64,000 bases of DNA from an uncultured delta proteobacterium (GTDB lineage Bacteria > Desulfobacterota > Syntrophia > Syntrophales > UBA5619), in NCBI GenBank assembly GCA_963817385.1, contig CAWFOM010000014.1, positions 1 through 64,000 of the forward strand, in the 5' to 3' direction. The translations under genes and the position numbers were made by a program. Positions 1 through 10,348 of this stretch are shown here, piece by piece; the first letter of the stretch is position 1; every line of letters starts with the position of its first letter. The notes beneath the pieces are model-generated. The model was not told where the DNA came from, searched no databases, and saw nothing but the letters and a program-made list of their open reading frames with translations.

Positions 1-514
1 GTCTCTCGTATGGCTCTACGGGCATCGGCACCTCCTCACATCTTTCCAGCTTCATGATGGCCAAACGTGACAACTTACCAGCCGTCCACATTCCCTATAA
101 AGGCGCAGATGCGCTCAATGATTTATTGGCGGGACGTGTCGACTTCATGTTCGCCACCATCCCCTCGGTTATCGCGCATATACAATCCGGCAGGCTGTTG
201 GCTATCGCCGTCAGCAGCGCCAAGCGATCAAGATCACTTCCTAACGTGCCGACCATGATTGAGAGCGGTTACGCAGGTTTTGAAGCGGGGTCATGGTTTG
301 GCTTCCTGTCCGTGGCGGCACTCCCAAATCCATCATCATGAAGGTGAATCAGGCGGTCAACGAGATTATCAAAGAGCCGGCAATTGACAAGAAGATGATT
401 TTTGAAGGCGCCGATCCTGTCGGCGGTTCACCCGAGCAATTCAAGAATTTCATCGCCAGCGAGTATAAGAAGTGGGCCGTAGTGGTTAAAGACTCGGGAG
501 CTACTGCGCAGTAA
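1..514 (+). CDS. tctC: TTT family substrate-binding protein (Bug/TctC), 5'-truncated by window edge, frameshift near 305
   Basis: Motifs HIPYKGA..ALNDLLAGRVD, LAVSSAKRS..LPNVPT, SWFG in ORF 54..341 continue in another frame as GTPK..VNQAV..PVGGSPEQF..KW (293..514). Confidence 0.8.
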
Positions 515-545
515 GCCCTATAAGCTCAACCATCGCGCACCGAAG

Positions 546-573
546 AACCCAGGATTCTTTGCCTGGGTTTTTT
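546..573 (+). terminator. Rho-independent terminator
   Basis: aacccagg-N8-cctgggtt followed by a T run, just after the tctC stop. Confidence 0.7.
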
Positions 574-605
574 CTCATGAAAAATGAGGTGGTGAGGAGG
601 TTGTC

Positions 606-2110
606 ATGGAACTGTTCCACAACCTGATTTTCGGGTTCAGTATCGCGTTATCATTTCAGAATCTGCTTTACTGTTTCCTTGGCTGCCTTCTTCCTCTTGG
701 GCCCCCTGATCGTGCGTACTTCCCGGCATCGGGCCGCTCGCGACAATCGCGATGCTGATGCCGATAACCTTCAGCATTTCTCCCGTCGCTGCGCTGATCA
801 TGCTGGCCGGAATCTACTACGGCGCCCAGTATGGCGGCTCGACAACCGCCATCCTGGTCAACCTCCCGGGCGAGACCTCGGCGGTCGTCACCTGTATGGA
901 CGGCTATCAGATGGCCCGCCAGGGGCGAGCCGGCCCGGCGCTCGCGATCGCGGCGATCGGATCGTTCTTCGCCGGCACCGTCTGCACGCTGATCATTGCG
1001 CTATTCGGCCCGTCGATCGCCGAACTCGCGCTGAAGTTCGGTCCAGCGGAATACTTCTCACTCATGCTGATGGGGCTCGTTGCCGCAGCGGTGCTCGCTC
1101 AGGGCGACATGGTCAAGTCGCTCGCGATGGTGGCGATGGGACTGTTGCTCGGTACCGTGGGAACCGATGTCAATTCCGGCTGGAGGCGCTTCAGCTTTGA
1201 CATCGGCGAGTTGATGGACGGTATCGGTTTCGTGGTTGTCGCCGTGGGGGTGTTCGCACTGGCCGAAATTGTGGCCAACCTTGGCGATCGGGGTGAGCGT
1301 TCTGTTTTCACTTCCAAAGTAGGGAGCCTCTTTCCCTCGAAGGACGACATCAAGCGATCCATCGGTCCGATCTTCAGAGGAACTCTGCTCGGAGCGTTCT
1401 TCGGCGTTCTGCCGGGCACCGGGCCGGCGATCGCTTCGTTCTCGTCCTATATGGTCGAGAAGAAGGTTGCCAGGGATCCGTCGCGGTTCGGCCGTGGCGC
1501 GATTGAGGGAGTGGCGGGACCCGAGTCCGCCAATAATGCAGACGCACAGTGCAAGTTCATCCCGATGCTCACGCTGGGGATTCCCGCGAGCGGCGTGATG
1601 GCGCTGATGCTCGGGGCGCTCATGATCCACGGCATCGCGCCCGGTCCGTCGGTGATGACACAGAAACCCGACCTCTTCTGGGGGCTGATCGCGAGCATGT
1701 GGATCGGGAACCTGATGCTCGTCATTCTCAACCTGCCTCTGATCGGCCTCTGGGTTAGCCTGCTCAAGGTCCCCTATCGACTGCTTTTCCCCGCCATCAT
1801 GGTCTTCTCCTCCATCGGCATCTACAGTTTGAATAACAGCCCTTTCGAACTCTACCTCACGGCGATTTTCGGACTCCTCGGCTTCATGTGGATGAAATTC
1901 GCGTGTCCCCCTGCGCCAATGCTCCTCGGGTTCGTGCTGGGGCCGATGATGGAGGAAAATCTGCGGCGGGCGATGCTGATGTCGCGCGGTGATCCCGTGG
2001 TATTCCTGAAGGAGCCGATCAGCCTTGCGTTCATCATCGCTACGGTCCTGATCGTTGTTGTGATGACGGCGCCGGCTTTTCGCAAACGGCGGAGCGATAT
2101 CACCGGCTGA
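606..2110 (+). CDS. tctA: TTT large permease subunit TctA (frameshifted near 690-720)
   Basis: GAGGAGG RBS then ATG at 606 (MELFHNLIFGFSIAL..); body has YYGAQYGGSTTAILVNLPGE, GAIEGVAGPESANNA, LTLGIP. Confidence 0.9.
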
Positions 2111-2130
2111 TGCTTTACATCCGACCACGG

Positions 2131-2848
2131 CTACCAGCGGTCGACCGTGTAAAGCGGCGCCTTTTCCCGGAGCAGCTCCGCGGAGCGGCTGGGATTGTGG
2201 ATGCCGCAGAGGCAGGGCTTTGCAAGGATCTCACACGCGCTCTCCTCGCTGACCTTGCCCGTCTTTAACCGGCGGATCGTGTCGCGGACCAGGTGGGGCG
2301 AAACGAGGCCGTGGCCGCACATCGTCGTGAACTCCCGGATGTCGGCGGGCGGCAGGAGTTCCGTCCGCCCGTGGATGCCCAGCGAGAGGTTGACCATGTG
2401 GGGATCGATGCCGATCTCCGCGGCGATCTCCCGGACGCTGTCGATGTTTCCGCTGATCACGACCGAGATCCCCTCGTCCGCCTCCTTGATCTTGCCTCAG
2501 CGCCTCCTTGAGTTTCTCCCGGCTGTTGAAAACGGAATAGACGCGCGTCCCATCGAACTGGATGGTATCAACCGGCTGCATATCCCGGCCGTTGTAGACG
2601 CAATAGGCATTCGCCCCCTCGACCATGATGCCCTCCGGGGCATCTTCCGGCCTGGCGCCGCCGGCTATCTTGCGGCGGCGCGTCTTTGCCATGATATTGA
2701 CGGGGCCCGACTGATGGATCAGTTCCGTCAGATGGCGCACCTTCGGGGCGCTTCCTTTGTAATTGAACCCCTTCGACGGATAGACGAATAGGACATAGTC
2801 CCGCTCCAGCGCCTCCGGGCTGCCTTCTCTGTGCAAACTGTGCGTCAT
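2131..2848 (-). CDS. conserved hypothetical protein (MTHSLHR..; TMCGHG..CxCG) partnered with the adjacent Fe-S protein; frameshift near 2495
   Basis: N-terminal part in ORF 2231..2911 from MTHSLHREG; C-terminal part in ORF 2131..2460 with TTMCGHGLVS and KPCLCGIHNP. Confidence 0.65.
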
Positions 2849-2938
2849 ATCTTCATCCCTGCTGAACCGGTCAATGATTGATGAAGCCGCCATTTCCGGA
2901 CGGCGCCGCAAAAAGGTCCAAAGGCAAGGCGCGCGATC

Positions 2939-3664
2939 TCATTCCCAGGCCCGACCCAGGCCCATGTTGATCTTGGCGTTCGGTCTCCAGGCAAAACCCT
3001 CCGCCCGGATTCCCTCCACGACCTCTTCGGGGATCTTCAGCCCCGGTCCGACGACGGTAAATACGTCGATGCAGAAGACGCCGTCCACCTCCTTCGCGAC
3101 CTCCTTCAGCGTGCGGAGGATGCCGCGGAGCCTGCTCCACTCGACCTGAAGCTCGATGATGGCGGAGAGGACCCGCTCCCCGAGGAGCTCCGGTTTCAGA
3201 TCCCCCGTCGCCTCGTCGGCGATCATGGAGTGGATCGGATTGTGCTTCTCGATTTCGTGGATGCCGCTCCGGGCAAGCGCCCGGGTGATCTTCTGCACCT
3301 CCCGAAGAGACATGCCGATTGTTGGCCGGCCGACCTCGATGGCGACGCCGACCTCCCCGGGACCGCAGCGGTGGGTGACGTCGTTCGTCTTGGTCTCCTC
3401 CGTGCCCCGGCCCTGGATGCCGGTGGCTTCATGCGTCGCGACGGGATCGCTGAAGTATTTACGCACCGCCCGCGGGTACTGAAAGACAGTGGGCGATTCC
3501 GCGAGGGCGTCGACGGGACACTCCGCGTTGCGCTTGCAATTGCCGCATTCATAGCAGACATCCTGGTCGATGCTGCTCTTGAGCCCTTCATAGCGGATCG
3601 CGGCGGTGGGACAGTATGGTTGGCAGCGACCGCAACCCACACAGAGTTCTTCGTGGATAATCAT
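2939..3664 (-). CDS. 4Fe-4S dicluster domain protein with uncharacterised C-terminal domain
   Basis: CVGCGRCQPYCP and CYECGNC..CP; C-terminal GRGTEETKTNDVT motif. Confidence 0.85.
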   Translation of the reverse strand: MIIHEELCVGCGRCQPYCPTAAIRYEGLKSSIDQDVCYECGNCKRNAECPVDALAESPTVFQYPRAVRKYFSDPVATHEATGIQGRGTEETKTNDVTHRCGPGEVGVAIEVGRPTIGMSLREVQKITRALARSGIHEIEKHNPIHSMIADEATGDLKPELLGERVLSAIIELQVEWSRLRGILRTLKEVAKEVDGVFCIDVFTVVGPGLKIPEEVVEGIRAEGFAWRPNAKINMGLGRAWE

Positions 3665-3700
3665 ATGCTCAGTCTCATATTCCTCTTCCCGCCATCTCTC

Positions 3701-5206
3701 TCAAATTTCATCCTCGCCGATCTGCGTTCGCATCGTCTTGACTGTTTTGAAACAGACGGCAATAGTCATCACCAGGGCAATCCCCAGGAGAACCGCGGAA
3801 ATCGGCCGGGTCACAAAGACCGATATCCTGCCTTGCCCGAGGGCAAGCGCCCGGTAGAGGGAGTGTTCCATGATGGGGCCCAGGACAAGGCCGATGATCA
3901 GGGGGGCGCCGGAGATGTCATATTTTTTCATGAAATAGCCGGCAACGCCGAACAGGAGCATGACCCAGACATCGAAGATATTGGTGTTGAGCGAGTAAAC
4001 ACCGATCACGCAGATCAGAACGATGATGGGGTAGAGGATACTGTAAGAAACGCGGAGACTCAACGCAAACAGCGGGACCATGGGAAGATTCATGATCAGC
4101 AGGATCACATTTCCCACGAACATGCTGGCGATCAGGGCCCAGACAAAATCGGGACTCGTATGAAACAGCATCGGTCCCGGCTTGAGACCATACATCATCA
4201 GTGCACCGAGCATCACCGCCGTCGCCCCGGAACCTGGGATGCCGAGGGCCAGCAGCGGGGCCATAGCGCCCGAGCACGCGGCGTTGTTGGATGTTTCCGG
4301 TCCGGCGACCCCTTCGATCGCCCCCTGACCGAAGCGTTCGGGATGTTTGGAAACGCTTTTTTCCAGGCCGTAGGAGAGGAAGGAGGCGATCGTCGAACCG
4401 GCGCCCGGCAAGGCTCCGACAAGGAATCCGATTACCGTCCCGCGGACCATCGCCCCTGTTGAATCCGCCAGATCCTTCAGGGTAGGCCACAATTTGGCAA
4501 AAGGCACCTTGATGGAATCCATCTTCATGAATTCCTCAGCCGAAACCAGGACCTCGCCGATGCCGAAGATCCCCATGACCACGACAACGAAGTTTATGCC
4601 GTCCATGAGCTCCGGGACGCCGTACACAAAACGGGGGGCGCCCTGAACCACATCCGTTCCCACGACACCCAGGGCAAGCCCGAGAACGCCGCTCATCAGC
4701 GATTTGGCGATCGATTTCCCTCCAACGAAAACGATGGTAAGCATTCCCATAAGGATCAGGCTGAAGTACTCCGCCGGGCCGAATTTCAGGCTGAAGTTGG
4801 CAAGAGGCACGGCAACAAAAATCAGCGCTATGGTACCGATAAATCCCCCTATGAAGGAACCGATGGCGGATATCCCCAGAGCAGCGCCGGCCCTTCCTTG
4901 CAGGGCCATCTGGTAACCATCGAAGGTCGTGACCACCGAGGCGCCTTCACCCGGAACGTTGATCAGGATCGATGTCGTCGAGCCGCCGAATTTCGACCCG
5001 TAATAAATAGAGGTGATCATGATCATGGCGGGCGTCGCATCCATACCGAACGTAAACGGAAGCAGGAGGGCAATGGTCGCCGAAGGGCCCAACCCGGGAA
5101 GGATGCCCACCAGGGTTCCGAAAAAGCAGCCAATGACCGCCATCCACAGGTTGTAAGGAGTAAAAAAGATGGAAAAACCGTGCATCAGACTCTGCAAGAT
5201 ATCCAT
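3701..5206 (-). CDS. tctA: TTT large permease subunit TctA
   Basis: GILPGLGP, YYGSKFGGSTTSILINVPGE, GAIEGVAGPETSNNA. Confidence 0.95.
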   Translation of the reverse strand: MDILQSLMHGFSIFFTPYNLWMAVIGCFFGTLVGILPGLGPSATIALLLPFTFGMDATPAMIMITSIYYGSKFGGSTTSILINVPGEGASVVTTFDGYQMALQGRAGAALGISAIGSFIGGFIGTIALIFVAVPLANFSLKFGPAEYFSLILMGMLTIVFVGGKSIAKSLMSGVLGLALGVVGTDVVQGAPRFVYGVPELMDGINFVVVVMGIFGIGEVLVSAEEFMKMDSIKVPFAKLWPTLKDLADSTGAMVRGTVIGFLVGALPGAGSTIASFLSYGLEKSVSKHPERFGQGAIEGVAGPETSNNAACSGAMAPLLALGIPGSGATAVMLGALMMYGLKPGPMLFHTSPDFVWALIASMFVGNVILLIMNLPMVPLFALSLRVSYSILYPIIVLICVIGVYSLNTNIFDVWVMLLFGVAGYFMKKYDISGAPLIIGLVLGPIMEHSLYRALALGQGRISVFVTRPISAVLLGIALVMTIAVCFKTVKTMRTQIGEDEI

Positions 5207-5221
5207 TGAAGCTCCCCCTTG

Positions 5222-5686
5222 TTAAAGACCCCACCACCCCTTCGGAAGGTCCACATTCAGCCAGTAGCGGAAAATCAGAAAGAGGGCCCCACTGAAAAGG
5301 GCGCTATACAGGACACCTCTAAAAATGGTGTATTTCTCCAACCCAATGAGGATCAAGGCGATGAACACGAAAGCCGCCAGGACAAACCCGATCTTCATCA
5401 TGAAGAAGGCCAATCCAGCCGTGATCAGCAGGATCAACCCCAACCGCAGAAGCGCTTTTCCCGCCGGCATCTTCGTTTCTTTACCCTCTTCTTTAGCGTC
5501 TCGGTGCCGGATTGAGTCAAACAACAGGAAGAGAGAGAGCAGGCCAAGACAGATCCCCAGCCAGAAAGGGAGAAAGCCGGGTCCGGGTGTATAGTCGGTC
5601 GTGTAATCGTAATTGAGTGACTCGATGACGAGCCAACAGCTCAGCACAAGACAGATGAGCGCAAATATCCTGTCTGCCCTCTTCAT
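5222..5686 (-). CDS. tctB: TTT small permease subunit TctB
   Basis: PGPGFLPFW motif, 4 hydrophobic segments, C-terminal LNVDLPKG; lies between tctC and tctA. Confidence 0.9.
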   Translation of the reverse strand: MKRADRIFALICLVLSCWLVIESLNYDYTTDYTPGPGFLPFWLGICLGLLSLFLLFDSIRHRDAKEEGKETKMPAGKALLRLGLILLITAGLAFFMMKIGFVLAAFVFIALILIGLEKYTIFRGVLYSALFSGALFLIFRYWLNVDLPKGWWGL

Positions 5687-5720
5687 AAGCGGCCCCTCCA
5701 CAACAGGCGATTTTGATCCG

Positions 5721-6701
5721 TTATTTCTTTGCCTTATACATTTCCAAGGTTTCCAGATCTTGTTTCAGACCTTGAACATACGTTGCAATGTACTTCTTGA
5801 ACTCATCATGCTTGAGAAAGGCTTCAACCGTCTGCACGGATTTCAGGTAATCCCTGAAGGCCTGCACCTTCATCACCTTTGCAAAAGCATCTTCCCAGTA
5901 GGCGACGGCCGATGCGGGAAATCCCGGGCCCGCCCAGAATCCCCTGAATTGCGTATAGCTCACATTGAGCCCCGCCTCTTTCACCGTCGGCACGTCCGCC
6001 ATAAAGGGGATGCGTTCCGGGGTCATGGTCACCAGCGGCCTGATCTTCTTGGCCTCGATCATTCCCATCTGCTCTTGGGGGTTTGCAACGGTCAGATCCA
6101 CGTGACCGCCTAGCAGAGCTGCCGCACACTCGCCTCCGCCCTTGAAGGCCACGATATTGAATTGGATGCCCGCCGCCTGCGCAATGCGATTGGCACAGAT
6201 ATGCTCCGTACCCCCGATGGTGCTGATGGCAACACTCACGGTTTTGGGTGCTTTTTTTGCCGCGGCAATAACGTCATTGAGGTTCTTGAAGGGCGAATCG
6301 AAACGGACAAACATCAAATTGGGGTCTTCAACCAATTTCGCTATCAGGACCAGATCCTCGATTTTCAAGCGGGTGGCTCCCCGCATCATCGTCGTCAGGG
6401 GGCTTGTCACTCCCTGCATGATCACATAGGGGTCGCCTTTCTTGCTGTCAAGGTAATTGAGGGCCACGGCCGCTCCTCCCCCTGTCCGGTTGGTGATCTG
6501 TATCTTCTGCTTTACAATGCCTTCTTTCTCCAGATAGTGAGCTACCTGACGGGCGAATAGATCGCTGCCGCCTCCCGCTGATGCATGAACGACAAACTCG
6601 ATCGGATTTTCCGGATAGGCAGCCATTGCCCCGGGTGCCAGAGTCAATGTTAAAAAGAGAGAAACCACTGTTGCCGAAAAGAACCATTCTTTCGTCTTCA
6701 T
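5721..6701 (-). CDS. tctC: TTT substrate-binding protein TctC/Bug
   Basis: Signal peptide, YPENPIEFVV..AGGGSDLFAR, NRTGGGAAVA, DVPTVKEAG. Confidence 0.95.
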   Translation of the reverse strand: MKTKEWFFSATVVSLFLTLTLAPGAMAAYPENPIEFVVHASAGGGSDLFARQVAHYLEKEGIVKQKIQITNRTGGGAAVALNYLDSKKGDPYVIMQGVTSPLTTMMRGATRLKIEDLVLIAKLVEDPNLMFVRFDSPFKNLNDVIAAAKKAPKTVSVAISTIGGTEHICANRIAQAAGIQFNIVAFKGGGECAAALLGGHVDLTVANPQEQMGMIEAKKIRPLVTMTPERIPFMADVPTVKEAGLNVSYTQFRGFWAGPGFPASAVAYWEDAFAKVMKVQAFRDYLKSVQTVEAFLKHDEFKKYIATYVQGLKQDLETLEMYKAKK

Positions 6702-6929
6702 AGTAACCTCCGTTGATTGAATTGAATTGATAATTGAATTGATAAGAATTTACTTTTGCGCGGGTTGAGCATACGGACAGGAGTCTTGTATGTCAAGGAG
6801 ATTTTATTACAACCCGTTGTGTCGGAATGGGATTTGATTCCGGTGCGGACATGGGTTGCGCAGATAATCTAAAAAAATTTGTTGGAGGGTTAGTGCAGCG
6901 GTGGAGCTTCGTATTTGATACAAGAAAAG

Positions 6930-7961
6930 TTAAAAGTCATTGATCGAATCAATAAGACTCCTGAGCTTGCCGAAGTTCCGGCGGTCAAAGTCAATCACAA
7001 GCCGCGGCAGATGAATAACATCGGCATCATCCATTTCGGCTTTCAGGGCACCGGATGTTGTGATACTTCCCCCGGGCACAATGATGTCCCGAAACTGATC
7101 TGCCAGCTTTCGGATTTCAACGGGGCTGAGCTGAGACGTGAGCCGGATCACGAGCTGATTATTCACATACCGGATGCTGTGATAGCGGCGATAGAAATGA
7201 TTGATCTTCTCTACCGCAGCATCCACGGAACAGACCTGTTCGAAGAGCGCAAAATCTGACGGACAGATATAGTTGCGAGACAGAAGCTCTTCCTCGAAGA
7301 GCTTGATAATACGGATCCAATAGGAACAATCCGGACCGTCGATGAGCAGGAGCGGCATGGGATTGCGTTTTCCGGTTTGTACCAGCGTGAGTGCCTCCAT
7401 GGCCTCATCGAGCGTGCCGAAGCCACCCGGAAAGAGCGCCACGGAATCGGATTCCTTAAGAAAAGCAACCTTGCGGTTGAAAAAATACTTATAATGGATT
7501 TGACGGGGGTTGCCCCTGATGACGGGATTAGGCCCTTCCTCGAACGGCAAGCGGATGTTCACGGCAAAAGAATGCCCGGAACCGGCTCCCTCGTTTACGG
7601 CCTGCATGATGCCCCCTCCCCCACCGGTGATGACCATATATCCCGCCTCTGCGAGTTTTTCCCCGAAGAGCTTTGCCATTTCGTACAGAGGATCACCCGG
7701 CTTTGTACGCGCCGAGCCAAAGACCGTGACCTTGCGCATGTTACGGTAGGGGCTGAAGACCTTCGAAGTAAAACGCATCTCTTTTAGCGATGTGTTCATA
7801 AGCTTGAGATCTCCGCTTCCGTCGTCTTCCTGTCCGGCTTTGAGTGAGGCAATGATCATTTCGCGGACATAATCCGGCCTTCGGATGGCTTCGGCGGTTT
7901 CCATTAATTGTTCGATGAGCCGGTCAATGAGGCTGTTATCTTTGGTAAAATTAATTTTCAT
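6930..7961 (-). CDS. LOG family protein (TIGR00730-like Rossmann-fold nucleotide phosphoribohydrolase)
   Basis: VTVFGSART, ITGGGGGIMQA, YFFNRK, PGGFGTLDE. Confidence 0.9.
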   Translation of the reverse strand: MKINFTKDNSLIDRLIEQLMETAEAIRRPDYVREMIIASLKAGQEDDGSGDLKLMNTSLKEMRFTSKVFSPYRNMRKVTVFGSARTKPGDPLYEMAKLFGEKLAEAGYMVITGGGGGIMQAVNEGAGSGHSFAVNIRLPFEEGPNPVIRGNPRQIHYKYFFNRKVAFLKESDSVALFPGGFGTLDEAMEALTLVQTGKRNPMPLLLIDGPDCSYWIRIIKLFEEELLSRNYICPSDFALFEQVCSVDAAVEKINHFYRRYHSIRYVNNQLVIRLTSQLSPVEIRKLADQFRDIIVPGGSITTSGALKAEMDDADVIHLPRLVIDFDRRNFGKLRSLIDSINDF

Positions 7962-8180
7962 GGCTTCTCCGTTCTACTACCTCAATAAAAAGCCACATCA
8001 AGATTTTCAAGATCATCCACCTACGGGGATCGCTGTCTCTGTTGGGTAGTCGTCATTTATCAAACCTGAGGATTACCTGTTCGAAAGCAAGCATCCAATT
8101 CAATAGATGTAATAGGCGCTTATGAAAGTCTCGAAGCACATTTTTATGAACGCCCATTATAAATCTTTATGCAACAGTCA

Positions 8181-8321
8181 TCAACTTTTCCCCTTCATCG
8201 GGACCACCTTTTTTAACTGAAATCTCTCTATTGTCCACGATGACAACATAAGAACAAATAATAGAAGCATAAACATGGGCAACACAAGCAAATAGGTTAT
8301 TAAGAATCTTTGTGGTTTCAT
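8181..8321 (-). CDS. putative small membrane protein (46 aa), below ORF-track cutoff
   Basis: GGAG RBS, MKPQRFLITYLLVLPMFMLLLFVLMLSSW.. single hydrophobic helix; directly downstream of the Fe-S gene. Confidence 0.35.
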   Translation of the reverse strand: MKPQRFLITYLLVLPMFMLLLFVLMLSSWTIERFQLKKVVPMKGKS

Positions 8322-8338
8322 TGTCATACTCCGTATTA

Positions 8339-9299
8339 TCATAACCGGGGGTTTGATATCGTTTCTCTTGTCAGTTCTACCATTGAGTCAACATCGAATA
8401 TTACGCCCTTGTCGGGGTCGACTACAGGTAAGATTGATTCATTTGGGCACCGGCTTATACACCCGCAGCAACCCATACACAAATCCTTGGAGTAACGAAG
8501 TCCCTTCTTTCCATCAATTTCAACAATATTCATCGCGCTATACGGACATATTTCTACACATTTACCGCATATCTTGCACCTTTCAATGTCGACCGCAATT
8601 GAGTAGCCAGATGGGGCGGTCATTGCCAATCCTTGAATTCCCATTTTCCGGGATAGGATTTCGACTTCCATACCGGCGCAGCAACAAGGGCAACAGCAGC
8701 AGAGAACTCCTGCCCGATAGCCAGTCGCGTCCTTGAACCAGACTGTAAAAACATTACCGTTCTTTTGTTGCAGCTCCAGTAGGTTCAAGACCTCCTCTTT
8801 GGTTGCCCGATGACCGTTCATTCGCGGCATATGTGATGTCACAAAATCAACGCCAACCTTCCCATAGAATATGCAGGTGTTCAATGGTTCACAGTATTTC
8901 TTTCCAGCTGTTTTCTTTTCGATACGACATGGACAATCAACTATTGCGAGTTGTTCCTTGTGCTTTAAAATTATCTTATTGGCTATATTCCAAGGGATGA
9001 TCTTTTTTGACTCCTTCGTAGGCAGGACAATCTCTTTTTCCACAGCAATCAACTTTCTGGCATTTTCATAGGTGATGACTTTGCAGTGATATCGATTACC
9101 AAAAAAATCAATAATCGCCAGTTTTAAAAATAATCTTTGGGAATCGGCTCAATGTTCGCGCAACCAATAGACCGCAGGCTATATAGTGGTCATAGAGGGT
9201 GTAGTACACATACCCATGGATCATGTTTAAGACTCTTTGAACCCCCCATGCCCCTTCTCCCTGCATTTTCCAAAAATTGATTGTTGATCTCTTGATCAT
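8339..9299 (-). CDS. Cys-rich 4Fe-4S binding protein; frameshift near 9125
   Basis: DCPCR, CCCCPCCC and two C-terminal CxxCxxCxxxCP motifs; ORF 9108..9299 joins 8339..9052 if one A is removed from an A run (..KIIFKLAIIDFFGNRYHCKVI..). Confidence 0.8.
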
Positions 9300-9498
9300 G
9301 ATGCCTTCCTCTCCTTATGGAAATGGCGCCAAACATCGGAATCACTGTCTCCTACTACTCTACGCCAAGGCTATGTCGGCAAGAGTCAAGATTACCCGTA
9401 AACTTCGCATGCGGAGAGTGTGGGGCAAAACCTCTTGATAAAAGGCAATAACTCTGTCGCAGCCTCGCCAATTTCCCTCGCACTCACGTGGCCCTCTC

Positions 9499-10251
9499 TC
9501 ACATCAGCCTCAATTTCCGTCCGAGGGAGAATCCGAGTTTTTCCAGCCGTCCCATGCGCCAATAGATCCCTGGGTTGTCGAGGGAGTCGAGTGAGGCAAT
9601 CATATCGGTAAGGTAATCCCCCAGGTGAGAGAAGTAGTCCAACTCCCTGCGTTTCGTGAAATATGAACCGGAAAAAAGCTGCATCAAATCACGCAGATCG
9701 ATGATGCCTCCCTTTTTCTTCTCGCTGAACCCTTCCCACTTGCGAAGATGTTCTTCCGACCGGAAGAAATTCATCGTGCTTCACGAGTAGGGTATATTGA
9801 ACATCCATCTTCCGATGGGTACGGAGACGTGGCCAACCAACCCTTGCGGTTCCTCCGTCTCAATCTTACCATTCTTCACCTCCACTCTTATGGGATCGCC
9901 ACAATCAAGACACACTGAATCGATACGCACCGTCTTCCCCGGGAAAAGCCAGCAGACCGCCAGCGATTCAAACGCTCACTGGCCGAACCATTTCTGAATG
10001 CCGTCGATAGTTAAACGGTAATTCGTTGGGAGATTGTTGAAGGGTGCGAAAGACACGATATTGCCGGTTTTCGGGCAAAGCCAACCGGGAAAACCGAGGG
10101 TCGAAAAGAGCTTGCGGAGTGCCTTTCTGCCTTTCTCGGGAGATACTCCCAGCGCGGCTGCAATCTCTGTGTATTGAGGGGCCTGTCCGGTTGCAATCAT
10201 CTTTTCGATGATAATGTGAAACGTCTTATTCAGTTCGCTTGGTTTTGCCAT
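9499..10251 (-). CDS. MerB (alkylmercury lyase)-like selenoprotein with two Sec residues (U92, U157), 250 aa
   Basis: GGAGG RBS, ATG at 10251; in-frame TGA at 9976-9978 (WFGQ-U-AFES) and 9781-9783 (PYS-U-STMNFF); frame stays open between and after; layout matches MerB WC-x2-D..C..PxxxxV..FC-xxxxFF; SECIS-like hairpins after both UGAs. Confidence 0.85.
9747..9775 (-). promoter_or_regulatory. SECIS-like hairpin for second UGA of MerB-like gene
   Basis: UUCUUCC-GGUC-GGAAGAA perfect 7-bp stem starting 12 nt after UGA, extended by GAUG/CAUC. Confidence 0.75.
9948..9964 (-). promoter_or_regulatory. SECIS-like hairpin for first UGA of MerB-like gene
   Basis: GCUGGC-GGUCU-GCUGGC (6 bp incl. 2 G-U) starting 11 nt after UGA; GGUC loop like E. 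coli fdhF SECIS. Confidence 0.7.
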
Positions 10252-10348
10252 GTTTTCACCTCCTGCTAATGTGAAAAAAGTAGTGACAGAGTGCGTACAC
10301 GAAATCGATGTTTCCCCTTTTCTTCGACTGGTTACTCCGCAGATCAAT

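Noticed and set aside
9108..9110. TGA ending ORF 9108..9299 as a possible Sec codon
   Set aside because: The downstream Fe-S domain is in a different frame and a TAA follows four codons later; a one-base indel explains it, and no SECIS-like hairpin was seen.
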